Shown: piece by piece, positions 50,190-64,000 of the stretch
How positions within the stretch are numbered: the first letter of the stretch is position 1
Layout: every line of letters starts with the position of its first letter
Source of the DNA: the human T2T-CHM13v2.0 reference genome, Homo sapiens
Assembly: GCF_009914755.1 (NCBI RefSeq)
Contig: NC_060942.1
Reading direction: 5' to 3' (one strand)
Length of the DNA stretch: 64,000 bases
Made by a program: the position numbers and the translations under genes
The notes under the pieces: generated by a model
Database searches by the model: none
What the model was told of the DNA's origin: nothing
The model's input: the letters and a program-made list of their open reading frames with translations, nothing else

Positions 50190-51320
50190 GGAGGGCACGG
50201 CCTCCTGACTGCTCAGGGCTTCCTCAAGGTGAGCTCAAGACCCGCAGGGCTTCCCTATGGCAAGCCGTCGAGGCTTTCTTTGGATGCAGGTGGCCGCAGA
50301 GCGCTCATGCGGCGTCGGTGCTGGCAGCCAGGTGAGCTGCGCCAGCTCAGCCCGAATGAGCGGTGTCAGGCTATGCACCGTGCTCCCGCCCGCCCTGCGC
50401 CCAGACCTCCGCCTGCCCTGGAGGTGAAGGACGCGGGCTCCCCACGCTCCCCCAAGTGATGGTGCAGAGGCGTACTCCCTCTTGGGGTCCCCACTCCACA
50501 TTCCGGCGTCCTCGGAACAGCCGGCACAGGCAGGGCGGGCGTCAGCTGTCCGGCCGCACCTCCCTGCAGGGGCATTCCTTGGCCTGCTGCTGCCTGCCAG
50601 GCTGACCCAGGCGCAGGCGCTCAGGTAAAGGCAGTGGCCAGCCCAAGCTGCCGACCCAGCCGCTCCTCCCAGCAGAGGCCAGGTGAGGAGGCGAGGATGG
50701 TGGGGGTCGCCCAGGGAGAAAAATCTCATCCGACAAGGAAAGCCTGGTGACCCCCTGTCTGCCTGGGCAGAACTCCCCTCCCAGGAATGAGCTTTGGACA
50801 ACGTGGTTCCTCCCGTTGAATCAGGTTCTGACCGAGTCCGCTGCAGCTGCAGGCGGGGGCGCCCTGCCGAGCAGATACCCAGCGGAGCTCCGGGGCCCCG
50901 TTTCTACTGTAAGCAGCTGGGGGCCAAATGTGCGCCCGGGCACGTCTCTTGGCCTCTCCCAGACTCGGCTCCCTCATCTGTAAGAACGTGAACGATGTCC
51001 GCCCTGGACAGGACTGCGGTCGCGAGAGGTGCCCGGGCCAGGCAAGGGACACAGCGCGGATCTGCTGGTTTCCCCCTTGATTCCATGCGTGGGCGTGAAG
51101 CGTATTCTTGGGAGTCAGGCACAAATGTGACTTAGTAAGGAAGGGTGAGCGTTGCTGGGATGGGTGGGGAAAAATGTTTTCTGCATCACGGGGCCAGCTG
51201 GAGCGGGGAGTGGCCACCGCAGGATTCCTGGGTGCAGCTGAGACAGCTGGGGCGGGGCGTGCTGGGCTCACACTGAGTTCAACTCTCCAAATAGCCCTCG
51301 CGCCACTGTCCAGAACAGAC
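50190..51320. promoter_or_regulatory. Downstream orphan CpG-rich island
   Basis: GC- and CpG-rich unique sequence with a GC box ggggcggggc near 51250. Confidence 0.6.
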
Positions 51321-52236
51321 GATAAGAATTTCACAGGACTTTCGTCTGGAAGTTTGCGGTTGACAATGCGTTTTTACCTACATGATCACAGTAACTTTCC
51401 CAGCAAGGCTGTTAGCTAAAGAAGGTGCCCTCCCCGCCCTGGAGCCTGAGAGAGGACGAGCTGCAGCCTTGTCCAAGAGAAAGGCCCGGGGGACCCAGCC
51501 ATCCACCTCCCTGCCCACCACCACCCTTCCTTCCAAGGAGCACGCAAGACCAAGCCTAGGACTCGCTACAAAGCTCGGTTCCTAACTAGACCGGCGGGGA
51601 CTGACTAGGAATGGAATCCAGGCAAACACCTGGCCGATCATAATCAGGTGCAAACCATTCTGATTCTATTTTTTAATGCCATTCTAATTTATAATATGTT
51701 AAACTCTGAGAAAAGCCTAGAGAGAGCCACTTTGCTAAGGCATGCATTATTCAATTTTTCCTTATTCCAGTCATAATATTCTGGGTCCTCCTCTCATAAT
51801 ATTCTGGGTGCCTCCTGCAAGGCAAGCTTTCTGCCGTCCTAGTCTCTCCATTCACAATCACTCGCTTAGGGCATTGGCATAGAAAGTAACACACTGAGTC
51901 TTATGCACAACACGCAGGAGGTGTCCTCTTTAACCTTCAGGAATGTGTATTCTAGTGCCGGAGGTGGGACTTCTGAATGTGAAAGGCGGGATCCTCTGCT
52001 GGGACAGGGCTTGGTGAGTGCAGAGGCTGCGGTGGGTACAGACAGGAGGCGGTCGCTCAGCTCTCACAGAGCTGGCCTGGTGATATCCTGCCCACCTGGA
52101 ATCTGGGACCTGAAAAAGAGCACATTGGCTCATCCTAGCCTGGAAGTGCAGACAGTGCAGATTAAGTTGATTCAAACCAATCCACAGGGGTAAAAATACC
52201 TCAAAAAAAGAATGAACTTTCCACTTGTGCTTTTAA

Positions 52237-52731
<495 letters not shown>

Positions 52732-53686
52732 GGCGAGGGTTTTTTCAGAGGTGAAGGGCAGAAGTCCCAGAGGTGGATGGGCACGAGAGCAGGGTCCAAG
52801 CAGAGGACAGAGGTGGAAGTCTGGGACCAAGGATGGAGGTAGCAGCTGTGGGGAGAGCAGGAAACAAGAAGTGGGGGCTGCAGGGAGAGACTCCAGGTCC
52901 TGGGAGGGCTCGTCTGGAGGACCTAGGCAGGGTCTGAAGCCTAGGGGAACAAAGTTCTGTGACTAGAGCCAAAGGTCAAGGTTCTGAGTGGGGTCCACTG
53001 AAATTATGGCTTTTCCATGAATGCCATCACAAAGCAAAGAGGAAGATAACTAATCAACAGATGCAAGTTCTGACTTATAAAATCTGTGTCACACAAAGCT
53101 GTATCCTGGCCTGCATGCACACACTTTCTGGACTCACCACAGGCATGGTCCTGGAAACCACTGGCCTGCAAGGCAAGAGAAGGCAGAAGTCACCAGGGCG
53201 CCCCTGGGAAATCCTGTTTCCCAGAACCTGTGCCAGTTCAGCTGTGTTGCACAAAGTCTGCCCCTGCCCCCTGCAGGGTTGCATCAGGGCCCCTCTGCCC
53301 TGCAGACTGGAGCACGGGTGCCCTCACTGTTGGCTGTTGAGCCTCCCAGCCCTGGTGGAAGGCAGGCTGCCATTCCTTGCTAGGCACCTTCCACACCCTG
53401 CCCTCTTGCCCTCACCAGCAGTTTCCCGCATTCATTCTCAGCACTTCCATCCTCAGTATGGACAGGAAGAAAATGTGCCAATCCATGTAATAGTAAGAAT
53501 GATGGCAGTCACTATTTGTTCCTGGAACAATTTTATAAATTATTATAATAATATTGGCTGGATGCCGTGACTCCCGGCTGTAATCCCAGCACTCTGGCCA
53601 AGGTGAAAGGATCACTTGATCCCAGGAGTTTGAGACCAGCCTGGGCAACATAGTGAGACCCTGCCTTTTATTATATTTAAAAATTA

Positions 53687-53986
<300 letters not shown>

Positions 53987-55171
53987 TCAAAAAAAAAAAA
54001 AGAAAAAGAAAAAAATATAGATAGATAGATAGATATAGTATCATATGATTATATAAGTTACAATAATTATTATGATTATTTTTGTCTGTTTCAGATGTTA
54101 CTAAATATTCATAAGGATTACAATCAGCACCTAGCACAGTGTCTGGGACATGGCAAGTGCTCAATATTTATGGAAGAAAAGAGTGAATAAATCAAGAAAT
54201 CGTCATTAAACACCAAAATTGTGTTTAACAGAACCAAACAGCGCCACGCACTTGTGACCCTGACCTGAAGCTTCTGGTCGAGAAGGCCCTTGAACTCCCA
54301 GGCCCTCCCTGTAAGCAGGTTGGGCAGTGCAGAGGGCACAGGGCACAGGGCGGAGCCACAGGGAAAGATGAGCAGGGTGCTACCCACAGGAAGGTGCCCT
54401 CCCGATCCCCCCACAGCCTCTGCCCCCTGTAAACACAGTGGCCTGTCTTCTCTGGGCCTCTTCCCTTTTCTCTGCATCCTGCCCTCTATTTTCTTCTCAC
54501 TAACACAGAATGGAACATTTATTTTGTTTGTTACATGATCTTGGTAAATACTTGTTTGATTGTAAATAAAAGGTGAATGAGTATATCCTTCTCTATCCCA
54601 AAAATCCCACACAAAACAACAACCTTCCAAATCAAATAATCACTTAGATCAATATTTTACTTAATGTGACCTTTACTTTTAATAGCCCAGTGGCCCTCAA
54701 CAAAACAGTTTCAGAACTGTCTCCTACAGCTTCAGGACTATTGGTGCAGGTATGTGGTGTGCATGCCGCCAAACATGTGACATGCCTGCCGCGTGCAGGA
54801 CAGCAACAGGACGAGACTTACACACAGCACACAGCTACCCGACAGCCCCATACGGTTACAGTTACATCCCCCAGGTTCCCGTGTGGCAGAGCCCAAGTTA
54901 AGCCACAGAGCTGTGAGACGCGCTCATCCCAGCCACCCCTCTATTAGCAGGAGGGTTCTGTGCTCTGACAACCGCAAGGGCTAGACACTACGGAGTCACA
55001 TTGAAGGGGACGGAGAATACTGCAAATGAAACCGTCAAGACAGTCCCTGGAGGAAGGGTGTGAGCAATACGGCCTGCAGAGCATAGAGCTGTATCTGTGT
55101 TATCTTTGGTTACTCTTCAGTGTTCTCCAATGTTTGTGAAGCTTGTCTATTACTCCCCTTCCCCCTTTACA

Positions 55172-56112
<941 letters not shown>

Positions 56113-56410
56113 TAATAATTATATATAAAATTATATATAAAATATAATATATATTATTATATCATATATATCTCATATATCTCTATATCTCTCTCTCATA
56201 AAATTGACCATCTTACCCATTTTTACATGTATAGGTTAATAGCATTAAACATATTCACATAGTTGTGCAACCGATCTCCAAAATTTTTTCATCTTACAAG
56301 ACTCATCTATTATCATCTATTACTTTTTTCCTTCTTTTTTTTTTTTCCTGAGACAGAGTCTCACTCTGACGCCCAGGCTGGAGTGCAGTGGTGCAATCTC
56401 AGCTCACTGA

Positions 56411-56722
<312 letters not shown>

Positions 56723-57639
56723 TAATAAAAGAATATTTTCAAATATGTGAGCCCCAAGTAAGAGAGTTGTCCTGCTTCTGCTGCTTTCAAAAATCCCAGG
56801 GTGAGGGTGCCTTTCCTTACTTCCCCTGCCCCTACCCTGAGTCTCGGGTTGGGAGATTCCAGAGTTGGTTCTCACCTGGCTCCCCCTGCCCATCCTGGAG
56901 CTTCTCTCCCCTCCTCTCGGCTCCTGCTTCAGCCCCCAGCCCCTGCAAGCGTGTGTTCAAGACCAGGGGCCAGGCTGGGGTGGGTGGAGGATGAAGGTCC
57001 ACGATCATGTTGGGGCATGTGACAAGAAGGCTCTGGGGCAGCCCAGGAGTTTGGGATCCTCACATGTGGCTTGATTCAACCCCCCGGTGTTGCAGAGGAA
57101 GACGCTGAGGCTCAGAGATCACACAGCTAGTTAGAGGTTCATCAGGGACTAACCCAAGGGTTCCATCACCTCACTCAGAGCCCGTCCTACTAAAACGCGC
57201 TGAAGGCAGAAGGGTCACGCTCTGCAGGGAAAAGCACTCCATCACAGCTGTGAGTGGGATATGCCCCCCGTATGCTGAACTGCTGTACAACAAGACAACC
57301 AGCCTGTTAGCATGAGACAGGTGTCAGGTCACATGTGTTACAAACCGGACTTGCTGCGCTCAACTGTCTACACAAATATTTATTCTTCATCGTGTACTTC
57401 ATGGATAGATGCTCACTACCATCTTAGAAGAGGTGAAATGGGGTGGTGAGATGTTGGTCAAAGGAAACATAATTTCAGTAATAGGAGGAATAAGTCGGTG
57501 AGAGCTATTACAACATGGTGACTGTGCTTAGTAACAGTGTATCGTGTTCCTGAAACTTGCTAAGAGAATAGAGTTTGAGTGTTCTCGTCACAAAAAAATA
57601 AGTATGTGAGGTAATGCATACATTAATAGCTCAATGCAA

Positions 57640-57940
57640 GGCCGGGTGCGATGGCTCACGCCTGTAATCCCAGCACTTTGGGAGGCCGAGGCAGGCGGAT
57701 CACAAGGTCGGGAGATCAAGACCATCCTGGCTAACATGGTGAAACCCCGTCTCTACTAAAAATACAAAACATTAGCCAGGCGTGGTGACAGGCACCTGTA
57801 GTCCCAGCTACTCAGGAGGCTGAGGCAGGAGAATGGCATGGACCCGGGAGGCGGAGCTTGCAGTAAGCTGAGATCACACCACTACACTCCAGCCTGGGCA
57901 ACAGAGTGAGACTCCGTCTCAAAAAAAAAAAAAAAAAAAG
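57640..57940 (+). mobile_element. AluY inserted in an L1MA 3' end (about 57430-58040)
   Basis: gagatcaagaccatcctggctaac and gcggagcttgcag diagnostics; TSD ATAGCTC(A/G)ATG. Confidence 0.85.
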
Positions 57941-59779
57941 ATAGCTCGATGGAGCCCTTCCACAATGTATACCTCTTTCCAGACATGTTGTACACAATAA
58001 ACATACACAATTTTTGTCCATTAAAAATAAATAAATAAATGTTTTGTAAAAGAGGAAGTCAAATAAATTCCTTGATATCAAGATCTTTTAAAATAGAATT
58101 GGCAAATCAACTATAATTAATAGAGAAATAGATAAAATAGAAAAAATGCGGCAAGCAGGCTGTAGCCTTGTAGAGGGAGTTGTATCAACTGGTTTTTGTT
58201 TTTTGCGTTTTTTTTGAGACGGAGTCTAGCTGTCGCCCAGGCTGGAGTGCAGTGGCACAATCTTGGCTCACTGAAACCTCTGCCTCCCAGGTTTAAGTAA
58301 TTCTGCTGACCCAGCCTCCTGAGTAACTGAGATTACAGGCGCCCACCATCACATCTGGCTAATTTTTTTTTTTTTTTTTTTTTTTTTTTAGTAGAGACGG
58401 CGTTTCACCATGTTGGCCAGGCTGGTCTCAAACTCCTGACTTCAAGTGATCACTCGCCTCGGCCTCCCAAAGTGCTGGGATTACAGGCAACTGGTTTTCT
58501 TTAATTTAAGAAGCACTGGTATTGATTAGTCATAGGATGTGAGAGCTGGAGGGAATTTAAAGATCGTCCGGTCTTACTCACTGGCCAAGGAGGAAACTGA
58601 TTTTGTCTAAACCGAGAATTTCCAGGATGCAGGGAAAGAGGCGCTGTGAGCTTTACAATTCATCTTCTAGGTGGATCAAAACCCTTCACACAGGACTTCC
58701 TCTATCGCTCTTGGGATTTAGCAGTTCCACAAAAACAGAAATATTTTCTAATCAGACATCCCAAACCTGTCTAGACTCTTGCTCTCTTGTCTAGGAAAAG
58801 AACATAAACAGGTTTTTTATTTTGTTTCCAACCCTACATGAAACCAACCCGAGGGGGAGGTGCAGAGGTATGGCCCATCCCCAGACCAATGCCACCGTCC
58901 AAATGTACCCAAACATGGAACCCCGGGTGCATTTCAGCGCACGTCCTCCCAGAGACCTCGATGGACTCGATGTCACCCCCACAGTAGTCAGCGGTCCACT
59001 GCCTCTCTACCCAGCACGAGAGAGGCTTGGTCATGCTGGTGGGGTGGAATTAGCCCAAAGGGGTTGTGCCCCTAACTGACCAGCAGAGCCCTAGAAGTGT
59101 AGAGGCCATAGTGTTCATGCTGGGGCCAGGCCACTGATCTTGAAGCTCTGGTTGAGAGCTGCCTGCGTGTGACCCCTGATATGGCAGGATTCATGCCCCA
59201 AACCCGCTCTATGGGCCCCATCCACCTCCTGACTCATCATCACAGGAAAGAGGCCCTTGGAGACAACTCCTCTGAAGTCACCCTGCAGCTCACACTGGGC
59301 AGGGCCTCCCGCCACCTCAGGTCTTTGTGAAATTGAAGCTCCTGCTTCTTAAAGTAAAACCAGAGGTGATTGCTGTCCTTTGAAATTCTGAGCCTGGAAG
59401 GACTTAACTCATTTTTAAAATGGGAATAACTGAAAATCCAATGAGCCTGCAGGCCTCTAAGGACATCGTCCTGGGTGGTCCCTGCCACACAAGGCACTAT
59501 TGCCCCAGATCATAACCCAGAAGGCAGTGGCTGGACTTCCCAGACAGATGCTTCCTGCCCTGGCTGGGAGTGCCCAGGGTAGCCAGGGAGACTGGTTCCT
59601 GGGGACCTGGAAGGCTGGGAAGTGACCAGGGCTAGCACAGGGTGGGCCCTCCAGCTGGAGCACACCCTCCATTCCTCTCTCTCAAAATCCACACTCAGAG
59701 TCCAGTCACCCTTTTCCAAATTCTTCAAACTGTTGGTCACCTGTCAGTTGGTCTTAAATCAATGTCAGAGGCAAATTGC

Positions 59780-62463
<2,684 letters not shown>

Positions 62464-63353
62464 TATACTAGAAATGGATGAGGTTTTTGGTATGTAAATG
62501 ACCCTTGAGTAAAGCTGTTGGAAATCAGTTTGGGAAATTGTAACAGCATTTAAAAACTGGGATATGCTAGAAAAGAAAATATCAGAGTACATAGCACATA
62601 CTAAATTTATTTTGTGAGGCTTGTATTCGTGTGTGTGTGATGTGTACATGTGTACTGAATCACTAATATATTTGAAATTATAGGTCAAGTAAAAAAAAGT
62701 GAAAACCACCAATTTAGGCTGATTTTCTTAGAAGAGCCTGCCTTTTGCTTTAGATTCTCTCTTCTCCTTTTTTCCCCAAATCTTCCAAGTCCCCCCATAC
62801 AGGCCAGCTTTGCTGGGTCTTCCAATCCCAGCCCCATTGAGTTGGAGAAACCTTTTCCCTCATTGTCAGAGCAAGCTGAGTGTCACCTGGCATATGTTAT
62901 CAGAGAGAAGGATACCCTTCTCCAACAGTGCCCTTAGCCCAGAGAAATCTGTCATTAATGACAGAGGTCAAGATGCCATGGTTCTCAGGGACAGGAAGAT
63001 CATTTAGAGCCAGGAACCCATCCAGAGGTATCCAGGGGCTGGCAAGCATCCCTGTGCCCACAGATGAGGCTGGCCCTGCCCAGAGCCCCATGCTCAGCCC
63101 CGTGCTGGAAGGTTCTGTGTGCCTCAGGTATGTCCCATCCAGACAGACTGGAGAGATGCTAGACTGAGAGAGCTTTCATTAGAAGGATTTTAATAGACGT
63201 TAAAATATATTTCTGTCACTTGTGCCTCACTTCTCAACTTCTTCTCTACTAACAGTTATAATCATCATGACTGCAACTCAAAGTCCTTACCAAGACCCTC
63301 TTTGAATGAGAAAGCTCTGCCATGCCTTCCCTGTCATCATCCACTCTTGCAGC

Positions 63354-63679
63354 ACAGCTGGCCCTCTGTATCTGCGGGTTCCACACCGATGGATTCAACT
63401 GACCGTGGATCAGAAATACCCAGAAAAAAAATTATATCTCTACTGAACACATATGGCCTTTGTTTTTCATCATTATTCCCTAAACTATACAGCATAACTA
63501 TTTACATGGTATTTACATTGTGTTGGGTATAAGTAATCTAGAGATGATTTAAAGTATACAGCAGGTTAGAAGCAAATGCTAAGCCCTTTTATATAAGGGA
63601 CTTGAGCATCCTTGGATTTTGGCATCCAAAGGAGATCCTGAAACAACTGCCGCAAGAATACCAAGAGCCAACTGACTGT
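63354..63679. mobile_element. MER2 (TcMar-Tigger non-autonomous) element
   Basis: cagctggccctctgtatctgcgggttcc...ggattcaac start; tttatataagggacttgagcatccttggattttgg near the end. Confidence 0.8.
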
Positions 63680-64000
63680 CCTAACACCTCTGTGTCCTCC
63701 CATCTTCCACGTGGTGCCGTCATCCACTTCCTAAAATCTCTTCCATGCATTTTATACTTTCTATCTTGGCTGCAATTCCCCATCTGTTCACGTATGGTGT
63801 CCACTTTTCCACTAGATCGTCAACATGTTTGTCATAGTTGTTTTAAAGTCCTATTGGATAGTTCCGACATCTGGGCCAGGCCTGGGGTTGGTTCTGCCGA
63901 TTGCTCTGTCTCCTAACAATAGGTTGGGTTTTCTCTTGCCTTTTCCTATAACTTTTGTAGAGAAAAACGGAAGAGATTGGGATGAATGATATTGATGCCT

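Noticed and set aside
52959-53570. 203-aa plus-strand ORF
   Set aside because: No recognisable domain, no ATG at the annotated start and no splice support.
54501-54623. Minus-strand VVVLCGIFGIEKD resembling a Walker A motif
   Set aside because: Lacks GK(S/T), has stops soon after, and another frame (CCFVWDFWDREGY...) is open and phase-compatible with the next segment. No NTPase call is made.

Overview
Primate, most likely human, genomic DNA containing the complete CIDEA gene on the + strand: 5 exons, 219 aa, ATG 17375, stop 40265. It has a CpG-island promoter, a non-canonical GC donor on exon 1 and an alternative first exon giving a 253-aa isoform. The rest is repeat-rich: dozens of Alus, old L1M fragments, a 5'-truncated L1PA with TSD, a full-length old-subfamily SVA, a PPIA processed pseudogene, several solo LTRs, hAT/MER2/MER20 relics and a complete HSMAR2 mariner split by four Alus. 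The least expected signal, found by manual translation and unverified, is a series of exon-like segments with splice signals and stop-interrupted, RGS-like peptide patterns on both sides of CIDEA (+ strand about 7.6-14.4 kb, - strand about 49-63 kb). These may be relics of a lost multi-exon gene, possibly split by an inversion that carried CIDEA. Most ORFs in the supplied track are Alu, L1 or GC-content artefacts. Repeat boundaries are approximate and subfamily names come from recalled consensus sequences.
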